Source: Octopus sinensis
Taxonomy: Eukaryota
Reading direction: 5' to 3'
Length of the DNA stretch: 64,000 nucleotides
Assembly (NCBI RefSeq): GCF_006345805.1
Contig: NC_043003.1
Coordinates: 61,504,001 to 61,568,000 of the forward strand
Position numbers and translations under genes: made by a program. Of the stretch, positions 1-13,414 are shown piece after piece. Position 1 is the first letter of the stretch, and each line of letters starts with the position of its first letter. Below the pieces are notes generated by a model. The model ran no database searches, was not told the DNA's origin, and worked only from the letters and a program-made list of their open reading frames with translations.

Positions 1-324
1 GAAGCAGTGTTGTTCATTTCCCATCTTCCATGGTGAAATATTACCTTACTAGGTAACAAATGAGGGTTGGCAACGGGAAGAACATCCTGCCATAGAGATA
101 TCTGTGTCAACAAAAATTTGGTGTGGCCCATTTACGCATGGGAAAGTAGGCATTAAATGAAGACAGCAATGACGCTGTTGTCGGTGGTTGTGGTGGTGAT
201 GGTGGTGGTGGTGGTGGTGGTGGTGGCTATGACAGATAGAGGTGGCAATGACAGCAGCAAGAGTGGTGGCAGTTGCAGCTGCAGCAGTGGCAGCAGTTGC
301 AGTGGCAGTGATGGTAACAGTAAC

Positions 325-555
325 CTATTTCTTTACTACCCACAAGGGGCTAAACATAGAGGGGACAAACAAGGACAGACATAGGTATTAAGTCGATTAC
401 ATCGACCCCAGTGCGTAACTGGTACTTAATTTATCGACCCCGAAAAGATGAAAGGCAAAGTCGACCTTGGCGGAATTTGAACTCACAACGTAACGCAAAC
501 GAAATACCGCTAAGCATTTCGCCCGGCGTGCTAACGATTCTGCCAGCTCGCCGCC
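325..555 (-). mobile_element. SINE family A copy (others near 13500, 21660, 28565, 29380, 29685, 34280, 43120)
   Basis: Reverse complement of the 29075 element. Confidence 0.85.
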
Positions 556-1630
556 TTATGATGGTAACAGTAACCATGACAATGACAGCACTTAATAGAA
601 CAGAAGTGTTAAACTCATCATCGGAAATTGAACTTCTTCACCATTATGTCACGCTGCACATCATAATTATTCGCCAACTCTAAGCATCATGTATTTTATG
701 CATGGCATTTAAGGTTCAATACCCACTGCATGTGGGTAGTGGGTAGCGATTTTCTTCACCACTTCAGGGAGTAACATCCCTGCCCGACACGAGTCCCGGA
801 CTCAGCTGGGTCTGGCTGACAGTACCCGGTATGGGCCCCTATCCAGGGTTATGGAAAGGAGACAACCTTCAAAGAAATCCAGAGTGGAGCCCTGTAAGCG
901 GTTTAATGTTTGACTTGACACTCTTCTGGCAGCTTCTGCAGCCAAGCTGCTGCCAAACGTAATGCTCTGCACTCCTTTGGACTACGTCAGCAAGGTCAAG
1001 AGAGGAAGCCTGACGATTGGGCTACCCAGGATTTTCTTACATCTAGCCCAGGCCTGTCCAAGACTGGAGAGGACATGAAATGTAAAAACCAGACTGGATT
1101 AGTTTATGCGCAACTCCATTATCTCTCAAGACAAAAGGATGCCAACAACAACAACCCACTGCATCTATTATTATCAGCCACCAAATACGAGAGGCTGGGT
1201 GTATTTTACCATGCTTCCAGCCCTTGGGATGCTACCTGCAGAAAGTGTAAAAGTCCCACCTCCTTTCTGTCAGTATTTTTTATTCTGAGTCAAACTGCTT
1301 GTTGTTGACTCAATTACTCTTAGATACGAGTGCGAAATAAACTGCATCCATTTGCCAAGTCATGTTGAGTCAATGAGGCAGAGTAGGTTCATCAAACCAG
1401 TATGATCTCAAGCCTTTCTCTGGTGGAGAGAACATGCTGAGGCCCTTATCTGACAATAAACTGAACATGGGCAGTCCAATCCAATCCAATTGCCACCTCC
1501 ATAGGGTGGATTTGAAATCAGTACTGATTTAGGAGCTTCTTTAAAATTGATATTCTGGGTTCAATCCTTCAGTGATATTTGAACAAAACACAAAACTGGA
1601 ACAATTACAGCAAGACTTGTCATTCTACAA

Positions 1631-1948
1631 CATAAGTTCTCAAAGTGGGCGCTACCATCCCCTGGAGAGGTGCTGGTGTCTAAGGGAGCAGTGCAGGGGG
1701 CGAGGGGGTAGAGAAAAAGGTAGCATTGGGAGGACAGCAGTGGATTGGGGGATGCTATGAATTTATAATATTATTATAGTATTGTATACAAATTATATAA
1801 TAATACATTAAATATCAAATGATTCATAGTATATATAAATTAGAAAAATATAAATATTTATTTACGCATAAAAATAGGGGTGGGGACGCTGAGGGTATTA
1901 TGTGGCCATGAGGGGGTGGCGGTGGCCCCAAATGTTTAAGAACCTCTG
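1631..1948. mobile_element. hAT (Charlie-type) MITE
   Basis: Ends CATAAGTTCTCAAA / TTTAAGAACCTCTG resemble CAGTGGTTCTCAAA TIRs; 8-bp TSD TTCTACAA / TTCTAGAA fits the NTCTAGAN target. Confidence 0.7.
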
Positions 1949-2585
1949 TTCTAGAATGTTCTGCTGAATCTGCCAATTTGCCTCTTCAGTAGGTTTATAT
2001 GCGACCATAAATATTTGCAGTCATGTGTCATTATCAATAAATCAATAAACACATCAATGGCTGTTATTTAAGTATGGAAACCCATTGGAAGAAAAAGCAA
2101 AAAACAGGACTAAACGTCTTCAAGAATTTGGATTTGATCTTGTATGTTTGGAGTTCAAATCATATTGAAATCAATCAGCTTTGCTTTTCATTTTTCTGGG
2201 GTTAATGAATATACTGAAAATAGAAATTTGCATTGCAGCTACACTGTCTCAGGTTCAATCCCATTGCATGGTACTTTGGGAAAGTGTCTTCTACTATAGC
2301 CCTGGGACAATCAATACCTTGGGAATGAATTCAGTAAAAAGAAACTGTGTGGAATCCTGGTGTGAGTGTGTATGCATGTGAGTATGTATGTATGTATTAT
2401 GTATGTGTGAGTTTGTGTATGTGTGCATGTCTTTGTGTTTGTGTTTGTCTCCCTCTTACACCATTGTGTGATAACAGGTGTTGGTTTGTTTACATTCCTG
2501 TAACTTACTGGTTCAGTAAAAGAGATCAATTGAATCAATAGCAGCCCAAACATAGTGGCCATGTTGAGGCATTGCCATTATACAG

Positions 2586-2629
<44 letters not shown>

Positions 2630-2714
2630 TGTTTTTGGAGAATTAAACACTTATCTGTATTTTTAGAGAAGAAAGATATATACTTCAACAGAAAGAAAAG
2701 ATATGCTACATATC

Positions 2715-3035
2715 ATCATCATCTTTATCACCGTCATTGTTTAACATCTGCTTGCCATGCTGGCATGGGTTGGACGGTTTGACTGAGGACTAGCAAGCCA
2801 GAAGGCAGCATCAGGCTCCAATCTGATCTGGTAATGTTTCTACAGCTGGATGCCCTTCCTAACGCCAACCACTCTGAGAGTGTGGTGGGTGCTTTTTATG
2901 CACCACCAGCACAGGAGCCAGTCAAGCAGCACTGGCATTGACAGGAGCCAGTCAAGTGGCACTGGCAACAACCACACTTGAATGGTGCTTTTTGCATGCC
3001 ACCAGTAGAGGAACCAGTCAGATGGCACTGACATC
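2715..3035 (-). mobile_element. RTE 3' end (representative; further copies near 4400, 6600, 16095, 16775, 21140, 23320, 24565, 30140, 32622, 42465, 46015, 50575, 62190)
   Basis: Recurrent GCTGGATGCCCTTCCTAACGCCAACCAC and CCATGCTAGCATGG motifs next to (CAT)n/(GAT)n. Confidence 0.75.
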
Positions 3036-3043
3036 AACCATAC

Positions 3044-3096
<53 letters not shown>

Positions 3097-4763
3097 ATAT
3101 ATATATACTAATTGACAGAAAGACAGATTGATAAATATATAAATAGAGAAAGAGTGTGAGAGAGATTGATCAGCCAATAGACAGACATAGAAAGATAGAG
3201 ATAGATAGATACACAGACAGACAGACAAACAGACAGACAGATTGTTAAATAGATAGACACACAGACAGACAAACAAATGTTTGAACTGATGAAATGGAAG
3301 GAACTGAAAATAATCTTATGCAAATAAATATTGTATGTGTGTGTGTGTGTGTGTATAGAACTTTACAAGATGCATCCATTGTGCATGCATATCCTGGCTT
3401 GTGAAATATTAATTTTGCAGATAACCTTAAACAGACAAACGATCATAACTGGAATGCCTTTGATTAAAGATCTATTCAATTTGGACTGATATAGGGCTAA
3501 AGAATACAAGCATCACTGCCACCACCACAACCATCGTTATCATCATCATCATCATTGTCGTCATCGTCGTCAACAACAACTATATAACCACTGCATCACA
3601 TCAATAACAACCACTACCACCACCACCAGAACAACAACAACAACAACAACACAAAAATCAATAACATCTCCACCAATACAACTGATCACCACCACCACCA
3701 CCAACAACAACAACAACTCAACCATCACCACCACACAACCACAAGCAAAGCACAACAATCACCACCACCACCAATGCTCCTAGCACCATCAGCACCAACA
3801 CCAGAACCATAGTTGTGTAATGGAATGAGACCAGAATGGTGTCTTATCTGTTAAAAATAGTCCCCAATCTCCATTAATACTCTTCTCTTCACCTACATTT
3901 TGCATTGATCACACCACCCCCACTGAACTCTCCAAGTTAACTCTCCTCTCCTACCACCTCCCCACTCCTGCAACCCACTCAGTCACATATCATCTTTCTC
4001 GTCCTTCTCCTGTCTACTATGTCATCATTACTATTCTTCTGTTCTCCTCTCTTATTTCTGCACTGTCAGTCATCTGCTTGCCTCTACCACCTCCCAACTC
4101 GTGCATCATTGACATCTACCATTCAGTCCTACCCAGTTTTTACAAGGTCTTACCTACTTTCCCTCCACTCACTCATGCCCCAATCATCCACCCACACACA
4201 CTCCCTCTTGCTTCTTATTTACTTCATATCATGAGGATTGACCTCATCACTATTTTTATCTCTTACCATCACTACCTGATCACTCACACCCTCTCTTTTA
4301 ACATTAATGCTGTCACATAGCAAAAAACCTCTACAGCAACAAACCTGTTCTGTTCTAGAACCTTCTCTCATATTGTGCCCCTTCATCTTCTAATGTAAAT
4401 CCACCCCTTCAGGATTCATAGTACTGCAAGCTGCATGACAAACTCACTAGTGCTGGTGGCATGGAAAAAGCATCCAGTACATGGTGTAAAATGCTTGACA
4501 TTAGGAAGGGCATCCAGCTGTAGAAGCAAGTAGATATTGAAGCTGAATGCAGCCCTCTGGCTCATTGGAGTCTGTCGAAACTTCCAGCCCATGCCAGCAT
4601 AGAACACGATAATGAGGATGATGATCATTTCATCTTTACAATAGATATACTGCATCACTATGTGTTGTGACTAAAGGCATTCAGCCATAAAACACAGCCT
4701 TAGAATATTTGATCAACCAATGCCAGCATGGAAAAGCAGAAGTAAAACAATGATGATGATACA

Positions 4764-4821
<58 letters not shown>

Positions 4822-4844
4822 ATATATATATACACATACATACC

Positions 4845-4880
<36 letters not shown>

Positions 4881-5173
4881 CAAATTGAGATAGGGGTTGT
4901 AAATGCAACCCTCCATGGGATAACATATATCCATACTTATATTTATATTTACTTATATTTATATTCTCTTTTTTATATATATTCTACTTATTATACAACA
5001 TTACTCTTTTATGTACACTTTTTTATGTACATTCCTTTATGTACACTGATTTGTTCTGCTTTTTTATGTTTAACCCTACAGTCTCATATGTGGTGGTTTA
5101 ATAAAGTATGTGATTGAGTATTATCTGGTGATTGATATTTGATTTAGATGTATTTCTCCATTTTCTTATCTTG

Positions 5174-5205
<32 letters not shown>

Positions 5206-5296
5206 TCTTAGGTAGCAACAAATATTTTTAGAAAAATTCTTTGTTACCAGGTCTAGTGAGAAGGAAAAATTTAGTCAATAGACTATATATTATACT

Positions 5297-5677
5297 TAGA
5301 AAAATACAGTGTACATTTAAACACATAAGAGATGACCAATAGTAGGACATCTGACTCACTAGATAGAGCAGTTAAAACTCCAAGCCACAATATAGACACG
5401 AGGCATGTTACTTATCGCCTCGTGCCTATATGTTGATCCCTGGTATCCTACTGACGAAGCAACACCAGATGTAATTTTAAATTATTTTATTTTAATTAAT
5501 ATAAGATTGCAGAAACTATGCATAGTCCAGGAAAAATAAGGTAAATGTTTTTATTTTTCATTCCCTTTCAGAATTGCAACTATTTGTGGCTTGAAGTTTT
5601 AACTGCTCTTTCTAGTGAGTCAGATGTCCCACTATTGGTCATCTCTTATGTGTTTAAATGTACAATGTATTTTTCTA
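5297..5677. mobile_element. MITE/foldback element with ~95-bp terminal inverted repeats
   Basis: 5297-5390 is the reverse complement of about 5584-5677 with few mismatches; embedded in (TA)n. Confidence 0.75.
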
Positions 5678-5680
5678 TGA

Positions 5681-5720
<40 letters not shown>

Positions 5721-5962
5721 TGTTTTCTTCTTTTACTTGTTTCAGTCATCTGACTGTGACCATGCTAGAGCACCACCTTGATGGGTTTTAGCCAAACAAA
5801 TTAACCACAGGACTTCATTTTTTTTAAAACCTAGTAATTACTCTATCAGTCTCTTTTGCCAAACTGCTAAGTTACAGGGACATAAACACATCAACACTGG
5901 TTGTCGTGCAGTGATGTGGAGACAAACACAGACACAAAGACATACACACAGAGATATATACA

Positions 5963-5995
<33 letters not shown>

Positions 5996-6065
5996 CACAA
6001 AGTAAGTTAGGGGTTATGGGTGTAACCCACTAAGGGATAGTATTTATCCAATATATATATATATG

Positions 6066-6365
6066 TGGAGGTGCAATGGCCCAGTGGTTAGGGCAGCGGA
6101 CTCGCAGTCGTAAGATCGCAGTTTCGATTCCCAGACCGAGCGTTGTGAGTGTTTATCGAGCAAAAACACCTAAAAAGCTCTACGAGGCTCTGGCAGCGGA
6201 TGGTGGCAGTCCCTGCTGTACTCTTTCGCCACAACTTTCTCTCACTCTTTCTTCTGTTGGCCTGCTTGCTTAGCCAGCAGGGTGGTGTCATTTGAAGGCT
6301 AAAACAATGCGAAGTGCATTGTGACCAGCGATGTGTAGCAACATCTGATAGTCTGGTCGGCCACG
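6066..6365 (+). mobile_element. tRNA-headed SINE, family C, nested in a family-B SINE
   Basis: TGGCCCAGTGGTTAGGGCAGCGGACTCG..GTTTCGATTCC head; closely similar copy at about 54055-54352; a copy with the same head and a different tail at about 37640-37945 (minus). Confidence 0.8.
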
Positions 6366-6852
6366 GTGATATCGTGCTTCTTTCAGTTTCCATCTGCCAA
6401 ATCCACTTACAAGGCTTTGGTTGATCCAAGGCTATAGTAGATGTGCCCAAGGTACCACACAGTGGGACTGAATCCGGAAACATACGGTTGGGAAACAAAT
6501 TTCTTACAACACGGCCACAGTACCTATCTCTATCACCCTGTTATTCTTTTAATTATTCATCAACTGGCACAAAGCCGCCTCCCTCGATACAATCCCCTCC
6601 CCTCCACCCATAAGTCTTAGAAGTTGCTTGGTAACCCTGCAAGTGCTTGTGCTACTAAAAAAAGTGCCCAGTACACTCTGTAAAATGGAAGGTTGGGATT
6701 AGGATGGGCATCAAGCTGTAGAAACCATGGCAACAAGGGCAACAGAGGTTGGCACAGTCCTCTGGTTTATTGGCTCTTGTCACATCGCCCTACCCATGCC
6801 AGCATGGAAAATGGCCATTAAAGGCTGCTGCTGCTGCTCCTGGTACCACTGA

Positions 6853-6887
<35 letters not shown>

Positions 6888-7015
6888 ATGGATGGATGGA
6901 TGGATGGAGAGATAGAGAGAGTGAGAATGAGAGAGAGAGAGAGAGAAGGAGAGACAGACAGGTAGGCAGATAAATAGAGAGAGAGAGGTAATAATAATAA
7001 TAATAAGAAGCTCTT

Positions 7016-7047
<32 letters not shown>

Positions 7048-7066
7048 CACACACACACAGACAGAC

Positions 7067-7101
<35 letters not shown>

Positions 7102-7139
7102 GAGATGTAGTAGTAGTAGTAATCTTTGGATGGAATTTA

Positions 7140-7164
7140 TAAATATTTTAATATATATATATTT

Positions 7165-7234
<70 letters not shown>

Positions 7235-7246
7235 TATATATATGTG

Positions 7247-7309
<63 letters not shown>

Positions 7310-7417
7310 GTATATATATATATTATATATATACACATATATATATATGTGTATATAATATATATATATATACCATATATATATATTGTATATATATATA
7401 TACACACACACACACAC

Positions 7418-7496
<79 letters not shown>

Positions 7497-7644
7497 TATA
7501 TATATATACCACACATATATATATATATATATATAATACACATATAGGTTATAAATGAGATAGGGGTTGAAAATTCAACCCACCATGGGATAATATTCTA
7601 ATTTTGTAGTTATATACACATATATATATATATATAATATATAT

Positions 7645-7705
<61 letters not shown>

Positions 7706-7731
7706 TATATAATATATATATATATACACAC

Positions 7732-7785
<54 letters not shown>

Positions 7786-7800
7786 GTATAAAATGAGATA
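7140..7800. repeat. Long compound (TA)n/(CA)n microsatellite field
   Basis: Directly visible; source of many spurious YI-repeat ORFs. Confidence 0.95.
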
Positions 7801-10235
7801 GGGGTTGAAAATTCAAATTGATTTAAGTATGTTTCTCCATTCTATAATATGTATATATATATATATAATATGTATACAATGGATAATCTCTGGTTCATAT
7901 AATGGTTGGTTGACTGGTCGGATGGCTGGTTGGCTGGTTATTATCTTCTCTGATATTGATATTGATTCTTTTGTTGCCAAAGTTCAATATTTAGGCTCAT
8001 TCAATATTTCTCCTTGTTCACCCATACATGTGGTATGCGCATGCGCGCACATCTGTGTGTGTGTGTGTGTGTGTGTGTATACGTCTGTCTGTATATCAAT
8101 TACAGTCATCCACTTACTCACTTACTTACTCGTAATAAACTTGTTCGTTATTTAAGTTTAATAATACATCATGCTAATGACATTAAAATATTTTCAACTT
8201 GATATGCTCTCACTTTATACGATTTCAACCTGAGAGCGTTATTTAACCTTCGGTGAATGTGCTGTGCATAGTAGTCTAGTTAATACAGCTATGGGGAAAA
8301 AGTTATTTCAATGATCAGGTAGAATGTGTCAATAAAATATGGAAAAATTTTCCCACTCAACAGATACATTGATATTCAGATGCTATAGCTAAGGAAAAAT
8401 AAAGATATGCACATATTCCTAGATAACTTTTGATTTTCAATTGGAATTCTTCTCTACTATCATCAAGTCTTATTCCTTATTCCTCTGCCAAAAGCTTTTG
8501 TGATGCTTATTCTCTCTCCACCACTGTTTATTAGTTTATGTAAAAATGCCAAAATTGATCATATCAGTGAATTTTTATCAATATTCATTAGATCTAATGT
8601 CCTCTTATGCTAATCCTATATCTTCCACTTTACTCGTTTGAATGGTGAAATGAATAACAAGTTATTTAGAGTTAGGAGTTAGAAAGAAAAGTTGTGTTTT
8701 GCAGTTCTGACTGAGTGCAGATTATTCGGGCTTTTTTTTTTTGCTTTTTCTTTTTTCATTAATATTTTTAATGAATTTTATTCTAAACAGGCAGCATATG
8801 TAAAGTAAAGCAATTTTTCATTCAACTCCTTTCCTGACAGCCATGCTAAAATGGCTTACTGCTGAGGTTAACTCTCTTTTCATTTTTAGTCTCTTACGTG
8901 CATTTTTGATGGCTACTACATAGGGATGCGCGTTAATGCTAGAGATGGGAAAGCATCCAGCTGGTTTTTATAGCAGATTGTATTTCCCTCCATTTTACTA
9001 CCAGTTTAACACATTACTGATGAGGGAGCTTTTAACATAATTGCTCAACCTGCAAGAAATTACAACAAAATCTCATTTTCTTCAAATCTGATCATTCTGT
9101 CTTAAAAAAGAATGCTATTTTGGAAATTGTGGTCCTGGCTGCATTATTGTTCAGTAAGAAGATGGGATAGTCATAGTTGGAATGTCTTTGATTATAGGTT
9201 CTCCTCAGTTAGTGCTAGCCCATGACTAAATAACAACATAACAATTACAGATACAAAGTACTCAAGAGCAAAGGTACCGGGGCCTCAAGGAGTAGCGTCC
9301 CTGCCTTCCTGAGCTAGTTTTCCACCACATTTCTTAAAAATCATGGTAGAGGCCTTGGTCTCGGGACCACTCGTGTCTAGAAACTGAGGTTGGGGGTAAG
9401 CAAGGGCACACTTCCTGGAGAAAATCCAGCTCCAAAAATGCTTCATGATAGAAAGGGAGAATGAGCACCAGCCAGCCCAAAGGTTGGGGGGGTGCTGCAC
9501 CTGCCTGCCTCAGTTGCTATGGCATTGAGGTAGATCCAGGATGATGATGAAAGGGAAAATAGTGCCAGTTATTTGTGAGATTGGACAAATATGCTCTCGC
9601 TTTTGCTTGGCTTTCTTAAGCATTCTTTAATCAAGTATACCCTTTGTCATTATGGATTTATTCTCAATTAATTACAGTTATAAAGTTAATTATTGCAACA
9701 TTACTTATAACAGCAATTGCTTTAGTATTTATTTTCCACTAAGAAAATAAATATTTCTATTATTTCATTTGTGTTTTATATCGCTTTGTCACACTAACAT
9801 ACATACATACATTATTAGTCCATGTAAAAATAATAAACACTTCTCTCACTATTGACCTAGCAGACGCGTGAATGACAATACTTCACTGATGAGGTCTAAT
9901 CAAACCAAAACAGCCTGGAGTCGTTAGTCTGATTGCCATAAATTAGATTATTTTCTTCCTATTTTCCAATTTACCTATTTCCAATTTTAGTGGACTCTTA
10001 GGCTTCAACTCTTAAAGATTCTTTATGTTTTCAAATTGTTGTTCTAATCACAGTTTGACTGAGTTAAGTATTGTTTCACAGGCACAGGCATGGCTGTGTG
10101 AGTTAAGGAGCTTGCTTTGCAACTATGTGCTTTTGGGTTCAATCCTACTGCATAGCACCTTGGGCAAAAGTCTTTTACTATAGCTTTGAGCCAACAAATT
10201 CCTTGTGAGTAAAAACAGTAGACAGTGTATGGAAA

Positions 10236-11184
10236 AGAACACTCAAGTCTGTTGAGATCTTGATAAACAATTCATACTTTTCGTACACAAAAAGATGAAT
10301 GTTGCTGTTACTACAAATGACAAAATGTTGAGAGGGCTTTTGTTCTTGGTCTAGTTGTAGCAGCAGATAAAATGATGTTAGTTACTTGCCAAATACTGAC
10401 TTTTAATGGCATTCCTCTGACTGCTCATCGCCTTTCTGTTGTCAGCTGCTGTCCACCATCTCTGTTGGTCAACTCCTAAAGTGTCTGTCTATCAATGCTC
10501 TCTCTTCTGCATCCCCAAACTCTCTGTTGTAACAGGATGAGAATTCAGGAACACTGGAGGGGTGTCTGGTCTGACTCTGTCACATTCAATTCAAGTTGAA
10601 GAAACAGAGACAAAGTCAGGCTGTCTTCAATAACAGTAAGTGGTGGTTTATTCTGCAGTTTACAGGCAAAACATGTACACATGTATTTCTTGTGGGGAAA
10701 CAGGCAGCCGAATCCACAGGACTGGTTACAATGTTCTCTCGTGCGAGTCAAGATGATTTGGTGTTCGTTCCCGCTTCGTTGGGGTGAGGTTCTCTGTGCG
10801 TAGGGTTGTTCCCTGAGAGAAAGTCAAGCCACGTCCGACCGCTAGCGCTTGCTCTGCCAGAAAAGACCGATTCAGCGGTCAGGCTTTCAGGTTGCAGTTC
10901 CTGCACATGTGCATGAGGAAACTTCCGGTGGCCAACCGGAAGTAATCCAATTCTGCGCATGTGTGCTGAAACTTACACAGTAGCGTCACTACGCTGTCTT
11001 GTAGTCATGGTGTGTTGAGTTTTACACTGGTCGATAAGCTCAGAATGAAACTAACCTAAAACGGAAAAAAGTTGTTGCCAGAGCCTATTTGACGTGGAGT
11101 TGTGAATGATCAGATTCTGTTGATCACATGGGCAATATTCTAGTGAATCGTGATGTCAAGCCATTGCTGAACATTCCTGCTACA
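10236..11184. mobile_element. Unclassified ~950-bp insertion (possibly LTR-related) splitting a SINE
   Basis: The host SINE stops near 10235 and resumes at 11185; 7-bp direct repeat ATGGAAA on both sides; internal TGTAACAGGATG (10528) and terminal CATTCCTGCTACA form an imperfect inverted pair. Confidence 0.55.
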
Positions 11185-12892
11185 ATGGAAACTGTGTGGA
11201 AGCTCATCGTATATGTGTATATGTGTGTGCATCATTATGTTTGTGTTTGTGCTCCCCACCACCACTTGACTACAGGTGTTGGTTTGTTTACATCACAGCA
11301 ACTTTGCAGTTTGCCAAAAGAGACCAATTGAATAAATACCAGATTTAAAATTCAAGTACTTGAGTCAATTTGTTCTACTAAACCCTTTGACACGGTGCTC
11401 CAGCATGGCCACGGTTCAATCACTGAAACAAGTAAATGAGTTAACTCACCTCAACACAACCATAACCTCAGTCAATTAAAGCTACCATGTTTGCTACATT
11501 AATTAATTTTATTACTCCTGCCCCAAGACATAGCATAGCAGCTACAACAGAGCATGAACTCATGCCTACACTGTTTGTAGCCAAACACCCCTAACCACAC
11601 AACAATTTTGCTTCACCATTTTAGACAACAAAATATTGTTTTAGATAATTTCATTATAGATTTTATTTAATAAAATAAATGTTTCAGTTCAGATTCTATG
11701 AAATTATTATTACTGTTATTTTTTAAAAATATTATTGTATTTTTATTTTAGTTATTTTTTTTCGTATTCGCTCAAGGAAATTATTATGAATTCTAAATTT
11801 CTATCTAAAAATAGAAATACAGAGATTGTAGACTGCAAAATTGTTATTTCCTTGTTGCTTCCCCCTTCAAAGCCATAAAAAAAAAAAATTAAAATAAAAA
11901 AAAATGTCATATTTTCGATTCAGACTGTAAATTTTCTGTTGTAAGAAGAAAGAAGCCTTAGTTTTTAGCAATCTGCTTTAAGAAATTTATATGGCATTTG
12001 ACTTTCTTGGCAACCATCCATTGAAGTGAAAATGTAAGGAGGTAAAAAAAACAAACAACAAAATATATAAAAATTACAAAATAAGGTCTTGACTTTCATT
12101 GTTATAGCAGAATATATCATCATCATCGTCATCATCATCGTCAGTCATCATTATCAGTCATCATCATCAGCGTCAAAAGTCATCGGAGCCATCATTATCA
12201 GAGTTATTGTTGCCTACATCATCATCATCGTCATCATCACTGTCGTCGTCATCATTGTTGTCTACATTATCGTCATCATCATCATCATCATGGTTAATAT
12301 GATCATTTATCATTATTGTTTACATCATCATCACCACAATCATCATCAGCAGTAACAGCATCACTATCGTCATCTTCATAATCATCATCGTTGTCGTCAT
12401 CGTTGTCGCCGTCATCATCATCATGGTCACCATCATCATCACCCTTGTCATCATTGTAATCAACCTCATTTAACATCTGGGTTGGGCAGTTTGAGAGAGT
12501 CTTACAAGTGAGGAGACTGCTTCATATGCCAATGTTTATCTTGACATAGTTCCTTTCGGATGAATGCCCTTACTAATGCCAATCTCTGAATGTACTGGAT
12601 GTATTTCATTTTTTTCTTCTGTGTGACACCAGCATTAGTGATGATCACCTCAAATACGTATATATACAGAGAGAGAGAGAGAGATTTTAGATAAGTTCCT
12701 CACTCCATTCTTATGCTTGATTCTTGACATAGTTTGACAACAACCATTATAATTTCTGATATGTTAACCATTTAAAACACCAAATAGAAAAGGAACACAG
12801 GTATCATACCAGTTTTTATGCTTTATATAATGTACACATGTTTCAGAAAGCCAACTAGTATTAATTACGATATATATATTTATGCTGAGACC

Positions 12893-13195
12893 CCTTTGGT
12901 CATGACTGACCATGGGATTGCGCCTAGAAAGTTACCCACCCAGGTACAAGTCTGAGCAAGGTTGCTTATAGAAGACCAGCCGTCACCCATGCATACCGGC
13001 CTCCCCTCTCCATGCCACCAGTGTTATCCAAGGGAAAGGCAAAGGCCAATACAGCTTGGCACCTGTGATGCTGCAACTCATTTCTACAGCTGAGTGTCTT
13101 GCTCAAGAACTCAACATGCAACCTCGTCCAGGATTCGAACTCAAAACCTCACGATTGTAAGTTGCCACCCTAACCACTGAGCCATGCGCCTTCAC
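12893..13195 (-). mobile_element. tRNA-headed SINE, family E (others near 33330, 45790, 54422)
   Basis: Minus strand TGGCTCAGTGGTTAGGG..GAGTTCGAATCC head followed by CTTGAGCAAGA. Confidence 0.7.
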
Positions 13196-13337
13196 TATAT
13201 ATGTATATATAGTGTGTGTACAGTTAAAGTTTGGCTCCATGTAGATTATTATAGTCCATTCAGCTTCCAGTACAGTGGTTAGTTCGCCTCTTGACTCAGT
13301 AGGGTTATTAGTTATGATATATAAAAAGCATATATAC

Positions 13338-13414
13338 TGGAAATTAAGACAAACACCAGTATGAGTGTTTAGTTTGGAACTAAATATCTATACTGGTATT
13401 TGTATTAATTTCCA
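13338..13414. repeat. 77-nt hairpin (37-bp arms, 3-nt loop)
   Basis: TGGAAATTAAGACAAACACCAGTAT... pairs with ...ATACTGGTATTTGTATTAATTTCCA. Confidence 0.75.

Noticed and set aside
3400-3490. Acceptor-like TTTTGCAG as a candidate upstream TEKT2 exon
   Set aside because: Following frames stop quickly and show no tektin similarity; I found no upstream tektin exon in 1-17303.
6066-6145. tRNA-like sequences (also near 13120, 28330, 37070, 54055)
   Set aside because: They have A/B boxes but no complete cloverleaf and continue into SINE bodies; treated as SINE heads, not tRNA genes.
6790-7816. Long ORFs (up to 240 aa) of YI/HT/CV repeats here and throughout the window
   Set aside because: Translations of (TA)n/(CA)n microsatellites, which lack stop codons in some frames; no protein signal.
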